Assembly: GCA_013265495.1 (NCBI GenBank)
Contig: MU057801.1
Coordinates: 496,001 to 560,000 of the forward strand
Length of the DNA stretch: 64,000 nt
Source of the DNA: Vicugna vicugna
Lineage: Eukaryota
Direction: 5' to 3'
Numbering within the stretch: the stretch's first letter is position 1; each line of letters begins with the position of its first letter. Position numbers and translations under genes: made by a program. A model generated the notes under the pieces. That model was not told where the DNA came from. It made no database searches and worked only from the letters and a program-made list of their open reading frames with translations. Of the stretch, positions 35,342 to 47,450 are shown in pieces.

Positions 35342-38300
35342 CAGCCCAACTTCCGGGGTCATCAGCTGGTCCTGCTGTGTCACCTGGGGCAGAAGGTGCG
35401 GCGAGGCTGCGCAGGCCACACGCAGAGGGCGTCTGCTGAGGGTTTGGGGACCAGGGCTCTTCCTACTGTACTCGAGGGCTGTCCTTTAAGGCCACTTCTT
35501 TTGCTTCAACTCCCGAACATAAAACTTTTTGTGGGAGAAACGAACAGAGACTTTTGGCCAAACTGTCCCAAGTGCTAAATGGTCCTGGAGACACGTGTGC
35601 AGGGGGCAGGAGGTCCTTCAGAGGCAGCAGGCCACCGAGCGTCACGCCATAAGCACGGGGAGCCCACATCTGCCCCTGGTTCTTGGCCATCAAGTCTATC
35701 GCTCAGACCTGAGGACAGGAGCAATGTGTCTTTCTGGAGAGGAATTACCCAGTGGTTCCCCGAGTCCCAGAGACGGGCAAAGCCAGTACCCTGTTCTCTG
35801 CCTGGAGGGAGAGTCTCAGGGTAAGCGAATGCCCTGCTCCGAGCTGGGCCTGGTCCGAGTGAGCGGAGGGTCAGGGCGGCTGCAGACTCAGCGTCAGGGA
35901 AACCTGCATGGCGGCTGAAGGGAACGCGGCGGCTACATTTCCCACAGCCTGTGCACCGGTTCAGAACAGGGGCTGCCGCTCAGCGGGAGGGCTGCCGCCG
36001 GGAAATGGGGCCCGGGCCACCCAGCCCCTGCCCGAGTCCGCCTCCCCGGGGAGACTCAGCTCCAGCGTCTGCAGGAGGCGCTGGGGCCGCAGCGGCGGTG
36101 CTTCCGGCGAACCAGATGCGCCGACGAAGTCCGCTGGGCTCCATTTCCACGGCCTTCGCTTATTGATTTGAAAAATGAAATGCAATTAAGACCATTTCTA
36201 TTTATAGGAAGAAGAGTGAATGATAATTGTTCCCCTTGACATAAACTGTTTAATAAATCAACGTGGCTTCACTTTCGTTCACACACACACCGAGCACCGT
36301 ATCACTAGCTCACGTGTGTACGAAAGTGAAAACTACCTGAGTCGCACCCCTCAGAGACGCTCTCCGCTGCAGCAGGTGCGAAAACCGCCGGCCCTTCCCT
36401 GCAATGCTTGGAGAATTACACCAGGACCAGGCTGCACCCGAAGGCTAGTTTTTCTTTAAAGTCTAGCGTCTAGCGAAAGCCAAGAACGGCCGAGAAGAGC
36501 ATTATTTGTACGAGGGGTCCTTTTGGAACCACTGGAAGTTGGAGTCTTTTCAGAATTCTGCTGAAGATCTGCAAATATGGCCTGAGATGTGGTGAGTATT
36601 TTTTGAAGATGACCAGGATCACTTACAGGAACCACAGTGACCCACTGCTTCCGGGCCGCGGAGCTCAGAAACCGCACCGAGCTACGTTGGACCAGGATCC
36701 GCGGACCAAAAGCACAGCGGACCTCCGAGCTCCTGCTCCTGCAAAAGCTGAAAAAGGCACCTGGGTCCCTGGTGAGGTCACCAAAACGTCTCCGAAGTAC
36801 ACGTGCTCAACAAGTATTTGCTAACTGGACAAATGGATGCTTTTTGACAAAGCCTGATTGTCTAATGTCCTGGAAGCTGCCTGCTGCCCAGAGCAGGGGA
36901 GCAGCCGGATGCTGGCAGGGCCCACCCGGCGGAGGGGTCTGAATGTGAGAGCTGGGGTCCTGAGGTGGGGCCGCAGCCCGGCTTCAGCCGCACCGCGGGG
37001 CGTTATTTCGTTATTACCTCTTGTCTGTTGCTCATTCATGAGACAAACCCTCGAGGCTGGCCTCTCACTACCAGGGTCAGGGACTCCGGGGCTCTGGAAG
37101 GGCTCTGGAAGGGCGCTGGCGCAGGGGGCCGCCCTGGAGGAGCGGGGCCACAGCCGGGCTCATCCTGGGCCTTGGACACCAAGCGCAGGGATACAGGCCC
37201 GGCTACCTGACCCCGGGAGGGGATGGACTGTGATGCACGTGGTCAGAGACGCAGGGGCTCGAGTCCTCCCGTGAGTGGTTCCCAGTGTCCGTCTTATGAC
37301 CCGAGAGGTCACTTTTACAAAAACGTACCTGTCATCTTCCCTGTGTCTGTACTGGCCACCGTTTTGGATACATCTTTAGGCTTTGGTTAAAAGCAAATGC
37401 TTTTGAACATCTTCGTCTGATAAAGATGTAAACCACCTTTTGTTAGATGCCAGGATAAACTTCCTACAAACTATCATGAGAACAAAACAAACACGTGGCA
37501 CAGAAGTGCTGTTTCTACTTTATTAAGTCGTCACAGTAAATCAGACAGGAAGAGGTTAAACTGGAGAGTCTGAGCGGTCGCCAGGGAGCCCGGGCCCCGC
37601 CCCCCGCGGTGCGGCCCCGCCCACACGTGCCTGCAAAGTGGGTGATAGGCCCGTCTAAGCCCAGATGTGGAGCATTAGGAAAATTAAATAACGAGAGAAG
37701 CAAAATAAAAATCAAACGACGCACTATAACTTAATTTACCGTATTTCTCAATTTTTTCCCCTTATGTGCATGTACTAAATAGTGCAGACCTGAAGACAGA
37801 GGAAAGCATCCGTTTCACGTGTGGGCCATACTGAGCGCGACGAGAACGTGGCTGTTTCCTGCTGCGTTTCCCTGCGGATGCGAACAGACCCCCTTCAGTA
37901 GCTACAAAAGGTAACACAGCCACGCGTGAGACATCGCAGTGCGCGTGGAAGAATCCCTCAGACCTCCAGACACAGATAGGACAGGACAGGAAGCGCGGGG
38001 GTCACGCCCGAGGACTGTCAGGAAGACGCGACCCGCGTGTCTGCACACCCACACCGTCTCCTTGGTGAGGCGGAGGCGGATCCATCAGCCCCGCGCACAG
38101 AGTCAAGTCTGAAGCCCCTCCTTCCCTCTGGCTCTCTGCAAGCGCGGCCTTAACCACTGCGCTAGTCACTCCCCCAAGCTGAGGTCCTCACGCCTGTCTG
38201 AGTAAGGTTTCACTATTTAAAATGCCATCATTTTGTGGAATTACTATATTTTTTTTAAGTATGAAAACCTACTCAGTGGGACTACTGAACACCAGCTTTG

Positions 38301-41300
38301 CTTTAGGTGGAGATCAGCAAAGAGAGGAGAGGGACTGGGCTGGCCCTGCCTGGAGGCTGGCGAGTCTTACCCATTTTGGGCCAATTAGGGCCATTTTTCT
38401 TTACAGACGGCTGACCTACTAATGTGACGAGTCAGCACTGTGACTCAGGTGGGTCCCCCCCGGATGAGTGATCCTCGGCTTTTGCAATTTTGCTGAAAGG
38501 CATTTATTACAGAAGCACAATATTTGCTTTTCTGAGAAAAGAACAAACTTGATCATTTCAATTTTCCACCCCAAATAACAAAAATGATTCAAGTCCACGT
38601 GATTGCAAGCAAACCTGGTTGTCAGACTCCCTGTTCCCCAGTTCCAAATCTCCAAGCCAAAGCTGTTACTGAGAGTAGCCGTGAACCTGCTGGCTGTCAC
38701 CTGGGGTCACGAGGTTGTCAAAATCCTCAGGGATTCTAGGAAGGTCTACTTACCTGCTACCCACAACTGACTTTCCCACGACAGGTCGGGGAGATTGGTT
38801 CCTAGAGAGAAAATGGAACCACAGAGCAAAGTCCAGGGGAGTTTAATAGGCCTTCCTAGTCCTGACACTGACCAAATTCAGGAATTCTGCAATGGGGGAT
38901 TTTCTAGAGCCTGAAGGTGAAACATTCCCCCAGAAGCTGTAATTTCCGAGCCCAGGTGGGACTCCGGAGCCCAGGAACGAGGGCTGCTCTCCTGCCGGAA
39001 CCAGGGCTGGGAGCTCTGTAAACAGCAGACGGCACAGCAGTGTCGAGTCTGAGCCACGTGGGCCAAGCGGTGCGGCCAGAAAGCCCACGTCACTGCACCC
39101 TGGGGGGGGGGCGGTGCGGAGGAAAACAGGAATCGGGACATTTGCTGGCAACAGAAAACGCTGCCACTTCCGGTCACCCTTCATGTTACCACTGAGCCCC
39201 CAGCGACGCTGGCCTGGGAAACGTCTCTGGTTCTCTCTGGTGCAGACAGCGCTCCAGCTGCCCCGGTCTGGGGGCCTGGCCTCGAGCCCCACCCGCAGGC
39301 CCCTGGAAAGCAGAGAAACCAGCTCTCTCCAGAATGCAGGGTCCCCTCCTTCTCACAGGAATGGCCTTGTCAACCCTGTCTCGCTGCCCCCAGAGCAAGG
39401 CTGGCTCCTGGTCGGCCTGTTTCTCCTGCAAAGGTCAGGTCCCAGCCAAACCAACTGGGTAGCTGACAGTCAGTGAAGGTGGCCACTGTGCTGGGGCTCG
39501 GGGCTCGGAGGAACCCCCAGGCAGGTGGCCACGGCAGGCCGGGGTACACGCGGGTGGGGGCAAGAGCTGGGAGGCAGAGGGCAGGGGAGGGCGGGGAAGC
39601 CCCCACATGGAGACCCTCTGGGCCCTTAGCTGGCGGCTCCTGCACTCTGAGCCCAAGGCTGTCACCCTGGAGACGGCCTGATGGCCTAGGTGACCAGCAG
39701 AGGCCTGCACCCAACACTCGCTGACCCCACCAAGGGCGCCGGGCAAGCGCACGTGGGGGGTGGGGCTTTTCACTTTCAGCTTTTCTTTTTTAAAAAACGG
39801 GCACACCCGGGCTTCCTTGGAGCTGAATGGGTAAAAAGCAGGGCTCAGCCCCCTTTCTGGGGATCTGTCACCCGACACTCCGGGAGCCGGGACCTGGGTG
39901 TGAGGCCCTCAGGGCAGCCGGCATGGCCGCCAGCGTGGGCCAGGCCTCTGGAGGCGGATGCACATTCCAGGGGCCTGTCTCAGGCCAGCGCCCAGGCCAC
40001 ACGGACGCCTGGACGGCTTCCTGACCCGCGGGGGGTTCTGCAGGCAGGACCCTCCGTTTCTGGTCACCTGCGCGCTCTCTGCTGGGCGCCTCACCGTCAC
40101 CCCGGCACAGCCAGGGCCAGGAAGCCTCTCCGGAGGTAGCGGGCGGCGGGAACCAGGTGGAAGGAAACACAGCAGGGGAGGTAAAACTTCTCCTGGGCTC
40201 CGGACCCGAGGGAAAGCCAATTTCCACGATGATGAAATTTTTGAGTAAAGCAGGAATCCTCACAGAAGCACCAGCAACACCAAGGCAGGGAAAACCTCTC
40301 TGCAGCAACGTCAGGAGCTTTGCGGGCCCCTGGGCGAAGCAGGGAGGGCTTACAGACGAGAGGAGCCGGCCGGGGTGTGGAGCCGGCTGCCCCCCACCCT
40401 CCCCCAGAGCCCGGAACCTTCTGTCTCCTCGGCGGGCAGCCCCCCCACCCCCGGCGCCACATGACAGTGCGCTCATCGCTGGTTGGGGGGGAGCCCTTTC
40501 TTTTCTTCTTCCAAAGCCCGAGGCACATGAGACGCCACTGCCAGCTGGAAAGTCCGATCTGCAGCACTTCGGTGGGGCTCCTCTCACTTCAGAAGCCCGG
40601 GAACAGGAAGACACGCTGAGGGCGCCCGCAGAGCCGCAGCATCCCCAGAGTCTGGGTTAGGGGGTTCGGGTGGGGAAGGGACATCTCCTCTTCTGCTCCT
40701 CCCCCGGAGGCTCATCTCGGTGGCCAGGTCCTGGAAGGAAGCAGAGGGAGGCTCGTGGGCGCAGGCTGCAGGCAGGGTGTGGGTCTCAAGACACGGCCTG
40801 GGAAGCGGACTGGACCCCGCCCTGCGCCCAGCACTGGGACGAATGCTGGACGAATCCACACACCGAGGTCCTCCCCGCTCCCGGCCTTTGCTCTGGGCTT
40901 GCCCGCGGTGTGAAAGGAGCTGTGGACCTTTTGCAAATTAACTGGGCCTCACGGTCCAGTCTGCAAGCAAAGACGGAAGAGAAAAGGCCCTGATGACAGT
41001 GCGGGCAGTGCGGGCATGGAGCATCTCTGCCCAGAGCCAGTGGAGAAGCAGGAGGACCTGAAGGGTGGGACCCGTTGGTGTTCTTACATAGGCTGACATA
41101 CTGGGGCTTTGCACCACGAGTACAAACTCTACTCCCCCAGGAGCCGGAGATGGGAGGTCGGGACTGATGGACCGCTGCTGAGCTCCGGAGGGAAAGGAAT
41201 GAAGCTGGAGTCTGCGTGCCCTGCCCCCCCAGGGCTGCCTGCGTGTCCCCCCCGCAGGGCTGCTCAGTGCTCAGAGGGACCCGGGCGCCGGCTGCTGCAA

Positions 41301-43461
41301 CACTCGGCCGCTGTTGCTGACACGGGTCCCTGGGGCCGGGCTTCAAGGGAGGCCCGTTTCATCACCCTTCCCCTCGTAACCTATCTTTAAACCCTGCTGG
41401 GTGACACTCCACGCTTCCTCAAAAGCAGACTTTCTAACCTCCTCCGGCTTGCTTCACTTCCAGAGCTTTGGCTTTTGACATTTTTATGACTACTGGCCTT
41501 TGAAATTAATTTACCTAAGTTATCTTTCGCACAGACAGCATCTTCTTTCACTTTCTGCCCTCACCTCACTGTTTCCAGGGAGAGCCTCTGAGGTCAGTAC
41601 CTGTGAACACGCTTGGACTGGAGGAGACGCCCTCCCCGGTGCTGCTATGAAACCGAGATCCCCCAGCCCAGGCTTCGCTGTCTCCTCCCTTCAGGTCCCA
41701 GGAAGGTTGGGCAGAGAGAGGAGTTCTGGGCCCTCTCCTGCTGCTTTCGTCCTTGAAACCGGGCTGCTTTTAACAAACGCAGCACAGCCGTGCTGTCACC
41801 CGAAGCGGGGACGGCACTGGTGACGGGCATCGTCCCAGCCCCTTGCAGCCGGAGGTGGGCATCAGCGTGGGGTCCCAAGGCGCAGGGGCGGCGAGCGAAC
41901 AACCCTGATTCAATCCCAGGTAAAACTCCATTTTGAAATACGGCCCCTTCAAGCTACGAGACCTCAACGTTGCTAACTAGGACCCACGCCACCCACTTTG
42001 TAAGCGGAGCCATTGGGAGACGGAAACAAAACAAACAAGTAAATGAGAGAGAAAGTGGTTTTCAAAGATCTGATATTAAGTGAGAGTAATTCTGGGTCAG
42101 AAGGGAAACACTGAGCCCCCCACCCCTACCAAGGAGGCCAGAGGGCGCCCCTCAAGGTCCTACACGGCAGCGTGGGGGGCAGGGGGCGCTGCCACCCTGG
42201 ACGAACCCTGAAGCTATGCAGCCACGGGAGGGCAGTGCCCCCCGGGAAGGTCCCGCGTTCCTCGGGTCCCCGCCTTTCCGCTGGCACCTCCCGGCTGGCA
42301 GTGGCTCCTGCCAGGCCGGCCGCACCCATGACTGACGGGGAAGCAGCAGCCGCGGACCGAGCATGCTGGGCCGCCTCTAACAGGGGTGACTGCACTCCTG
42401 CACCCCCTCGGCCTGTCCCTCCTGTGGGGAGCCGGGTCTGTCCAAAGGACACCGAAGCCCCACTTTGCCGCTTTTGTGGCAAGAGCTGGGGGACGCAGGT
42501 TGGGGGGGTCTCCCAGCAAACACAGGCTTCTGCATGAATCCCTGCTGCTGGTGGGGTTAAGAAAGAGCAGCCGGGTGGGAGGGTCAGCTCCCTAAGCCAG
42601 CGGCCCCTCCCGGGCGAGGAGCGTAAACCAAGGATCTAGACCTAACCTCCGGCGTCCGCGTTCACTCAGCAGCAGCGTCTGCACCACCGCCCCCCTGGGG
42701 TGACGGGGCTGAAAATGACAGCCCCTCCCTGACCTTCTGCACCATTGTCACCCGGTCCCCTTTCCACCGGTGGACCCACGAGCCAGTATAGCCGGCCACC
42801 CCACTGGGTTTTCTGCTGGCACGGCCGGGAGGTGGCCGCTGCCATCGGTGCACACGGGAAGGGCCCGGACCCCGTCGGGGCAGAATGGGGAGGCCCACGG
42901 AGGCCACACCTGCCGCGGCCGGCCTGCCCTCTGGGCCCTACCCTGCAGCCATGCGGGGTCCTCCGCCCTCTGTGCTCCCCCAGCTTTTGTCTGCTCTCCC
43001 ACTCCCAGCTGCTCCATTCAGCACACCCAGGACAGCCTGCCCCCCATCCCAGGCCTCGGGGGCCCCGTGAAGGCCAGCGGTCAAAGGCCAGCCCGCACGT
43101 GCCGCGTCTTATCGGCCCATCTCAAGACCCCGCTCCTCCTGGCTGGGCAACAAAAAAGGGGGAGGCCCCGGTCCCCGGGCTCCCCGAGGCCCTGCACACA
43201 AAAGGGCGGCGACAAAGACATTTTCTGGGATGGCAGGTGTTGGTGTCTGATTCCGCCCAGAGTACAGGGGCAGGAGTGAGGCGAGGCCGGGTCTCCCGGG
43301 CGGGTGGGCAGCACAGACACGTGGGCAGAGCCCCTCAGTGGTGGTGGTGGGGTGGCAGGAACCGGTGGGGGCATCTCAGTGCCATGTCAGCCACGGAGGA
43401 AGGGAGGAGGGTCCCTGAGGAGCAGGGCGGTTGAGCAAATCTGCTGAAGTGTCAGTCTTAC

Positions 43462-43501
43462 CTTGTTCAAATCCTGCGGGGAGACCCTTCGGTTCTTTAA
43501 T
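43462..43501 (-). CDS. RALGAPA2: RALGAPA2 40-bp penultimate exon carrying the last codon (G|AT = Asp) and the TAA stop at 43497-43499
   Basis: ttttatgttctttcctgcag|ATTAAAGAACC...GAACAAG|gtaag. The phase fits the upstream exon and gives the recalled C-terminus ...GTD*. Confidence 0.85.
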
Positions 43502-46500
43502 CTGCAGGAAAGAACATAAAATCAAATGAGTACAAGCCCGCACCTCCCAACTCACGAACACGGTGCTCATCACATGCTCCCTCCTGGGCTGCCTGAGCGT
43601 CCCTGCAGCCTCGGAGAGCATCACGCCCTGGAAATTCACCTAAATTTCGACTTGGAAGGACAGAGTGGAGCTGCCGCCACACGCCTCAGTGTGACATGAA
43701 GGTGACACTGGCTCTTCTAGGATGCGGGACAGATGCTGTTGGGAGCCCCAGTGACCGGGCGGCACCGACCACTGTATCCTCCCCCCACTTCCCGGCCAGC
43801 ATTTCCTAAATATTTGGCCTAAAACACAGTCAAAGATGAGAGTTGCAAGTCAATGGATGACCTGAAAAAATAAAGTATCCAAGTTTACGTGGCTCTCAGC
43901 TTCATTTATGGGCTTTGGAGTGGCACACAGCGTGCTGATTCGGTACAGGTGTCACCTGTGGTGTGACGGTCCTCAGGGAGGAAGCACACGGCGTGCTTGG
44001 CAGAGGTGGCTGCAGAGGGAACCCTGCAGTGGCGAAACTGGACTGTAAGCTCACCTCACTCACAGAGCAGTGAGTGCCTGGCAGTCCCACCAAGCCTGGG
44101 AGAGGCTCTGAGCTCGTCCGTGCTCTGTGACCGTCTTTCTCGATCACCCCATGCCTCCCACGGCTGCCCTAGTTCCCATGTGAGTTTCCTTAGCAAACGC
44201 AGCCTCTCTCCGCATCAGGGGACAGCCCCTCACCCCAACCCCCACAATGCCCCGAATTCACTGTCACCAGACCACCACCACATCCAGACAAAGGACCCTT
44301 GTCGGTGACATGGCCTGCTGTCTGCACGGCCACAGTTGTAAACCCGGATCGTCTGCTGACCTCGCCTGCCAAGGCTGGCACAGTGACCAGGGCCAGCTTC
44401 GAAGATGGATGCTGCTGGAGGAGGCACCTCTGACACATCCTAGGTGGGGCTCTCCGAAAGGAATGTGGACTTCTCTGATTTTCCAACCTGTCGATGAAAA
44501 TTCACTCCTCCCAACCCTCCAGAATTGTCTGGGGTTGGGAATTTCAGGACAAGTAACTGATGAAAACGATCCAGTGGCATCCTCTGCCTTCCCTGACTTC
44601 CAGCCACCACTGGCTGCTCCCTCTTTACACAGCGCTCGGTTTCTGGGGGCACAGACGTTCTCGGGCAGTGTGGTTCCTGGTGCTTGACCAGAAAAGTTCC
44701 TGTGGAACCTCTAGACAATGTGACTATCTAGATGCCCCGTCTTCCCCCAGCGCCCTGTGTGCTCACAGAAGACGGCAATCGAAGAACATCTCTGCGGGGG
44801 TCTTCCCAGAGTGGAGGGGCTTCCTGGGGCCCTGGGCTGCTGACCTTCTCCAGTGCAAGCAAGCGGTCTCCCCACGCAGGGGCTCCTTGGCCTCCCTCCC
44901 CTGCAGTCCTCAGCCCTGGCTATGGTGGGCGTCCAGGCACCCGATTGGTGGAACCCAGAAAGCAGATGGCGCGGCTGACAATGGAGGGCTTGTTTGTAAT
45001 TGCTGATGAGGACCGCTCGCTCCTCTCCCGGCGTGTCCCCAGATGCAGCCCGGTGTGGCGTGCTGGACCAGACAGAATGTCTCAGAGACTGCCAATCCAC
45101 GGGTGAGTTAAGGAGATGCAAAGACAGAGACAGTTGGGGGCTGCTGTAATTATTCCACGGGGCTCAAATGTCACTTGCCCTGACACACAGACAGTGCCAC
45201 CAAAGGGCGGGGCCCCGTGCTTGGAACAGAAGAGCAGGCTGTCAGCTTCCTGACACGTCCCTGGGGGTCGGCATGAGGAATCCGCTAACCTGGGCAGTGC
45301 TGGGAGGCACCGGAAGAGACCGCTGTGCCTAGAGGTGCGTGATGCTGGGGGGCCGGGGGTGGAGACACAAAGCATAATGACTCCATCCTTCCATCGGCTG
45401 GGCACCCTGGTACATGCCAGGGACTGTTCTAGGCTCTGGCCACAGCAGCAAAGTAGCTAAACCCCCGAGTTGGTGGGAGGCGGAGTCGGCAGAGAGGCTC
45501 CGGCATGCTGTTGGGGGCGAAAGTATCTTACCTTTTATATGGATAAAACCCAGATGTCTGCAGGGTAAATAAACAGGTAAATGGTATTTCTGTGGTGTTC
45601 TGGGCGAGGGGACAAGTTAGGAAATAAAAATGTCTTAGGAAAAACATTTTCAAACTACAAAACGACGTCTTAGGAGCCCCCGCGGTGGGGCAATAGTGAA
45701 AAAAGGAGGAGAAACACCGACTGCTGGGTTTCTGTGTGTCTTACATTCAAGGCCTTTCTCACACGTTCGTGTGCTGGAAGGCGGAAGTCGGCCCTGCTCA
45801 CGTCTGAGGCTGACCCGCCTGGGAGACCCTTCGGGAGGAGCTCTGACACCAGCGGGCCAACCGCGGCCACTCGGGGGCCCAGACGCAGAGCGGGAGCCCG
45901 GAGGGGCCGGGGCGCTCTTGAAGACGCCCTGCTTCCTGGGCCCGCGCGACTCCTCCGACACCTGGATGCCAACGAGGACCTGGAGAAACACCGCAAGCAG
46001 CCGCCGTGGCTGGAGGTCCGCGGTGCTCTGCACAGCTCTGCCGAGCGGAGGCTTGGCAAGCACAGGTGGGCCCTTCTGGGGCCCGTTTCCCCTGCCTGTT
46101 CTCACCGGGAGGGCGAAAGAGCCAGGATCTGCCCCGCATCTCATCTCCGGGGCAAGGCTGCCCTGGGACCACGCTGCGCAGGGTCAGACCGGAGAAGTGG
46201 CAGCTCTCCCCGGGTCCTTGTTACTGAGCAGTCAGCGTGGGAAACGATTAACTGGTCCAAGACAATTAGGGAGGGGAATGGCTCTGAGAGCTGGCCTGGG
46301 CGAGGAGGGAACCTGGACGGGGGCTCAGCGTCCTCCCAGCAGGGGGGCAGACAGCGCGGGGACGGAGAGCTGCTGGCCCATTTAGGTCCTTGGAAGGGCT
46401 CTGAGGGCGGGAACAGGTGCAGCCACGGGCGGGGCGGGCCCCACACTCCGCTCGCCGCTGGCACCCAAGACCCGTGGGACTCAGCCAGCCTCATCACCAT

Positions 46501-46974
46501 CTCCAGATGGCCCAGGACGCCTTCCAGTGTTTCCAGCCCAGCAGTGCTGGCTGTGGCCTGGCCCCGGCCCTGGCTCTGGGCTCTGCGTCCTCTTTTTGGT
46601 GGCTGGTCTTGCCCGTTGACTTTGATTCTGAAGCAGAAAGCTGGGACAGCTGGGCCGAAAGACCAGCAGAAAGAGCACGTGGGCTGCACCTGCGTGGGCT
46701 GCGGCCAGTGGGCGGGACGTTCACAAAAACGCTGGTCTGGCATTTCTCTAGTCCCCTTCCACGACTACAATGTCCTCTTACCGATCTATGATTGAGTTTG
46801 ACTAAATGCTAAATTGAAGATTAATATCAGGTCAGCCCCTCATGGAGAAAGATGTCTCCAGGCCCTTCTGCCATCTCCCAGAATGTGACCACCGAGATGG
46901 CTGCCACACCCCGCCACGGCGAGGCTATCCATCGAACCAGATTGAATTCACGTCTCAAAATGGAACAACAGTAC

Positions 46975-47450
46975 AGACGTGTTTACAGCGGCGATGTTCG
47001 TAACAGGTAAAACACAGAAACAGCTCAAATGTCCATCAAACGATGACTGGACCCAAACATCACCTACGCTTACGACGGGGTATTATCTGGCGGTGAAAGT
47101 TAGTAAAGGGCTGATACAGGCGACGGTGTGGACGGCCCTTGGGAACCTGCGGAGTGACAGCAGCCAGTGGGGACCATGTGCCAGACAACCCGTTTAAACA
47201 AGACGCCCGGGACCCGCAGATCCCAGGGACCGGAAGCAGACTGGTGGCCGCTGGGGCGCAGGTCGGGACGGATGCGGCTTGGCCACTAGTGGGCTTCGCT
47301 TTTGTTTTGTTTTTCAGGAGGGACGAAAATGTCTCATGTTAGATTGTGATGCTGGTTGCACAACCTCGTGAACATACCAAAAACACTGAATTGTGTTCTT
47401 TAAATGGATGAATCGTATGGTCTACGAGTTACATTTCAATAATGTTTTTA
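46975..47450 (+). mobile_element. Ancient L1M 3'-end fragment
   Basis: GTGTTTACAGCGGCGATGTTCGTAACAG..AAATGTCCATCAA..GTTGCACAACCTCGTGAACATACCAAAAACACTGAATTGT..CATTTCAATAA. Confidence 0.75.

Larger units (their letters stand above)
34480..39099 (-). other. RALGAPA2: RALGAPA2 terminal non-coding (3'UTR) exon; 3' end uncertain
   Basis: Minus-strand acceptor cctgttttcctccgcaccgccccccccccag|GGTGCAG at 39100/39099. Candidate minus-strand AATAAA at 37519-37524 (with a GU-rich downstream element) and at 34498-34503 and 34513-34518. Confidence 0.55.
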
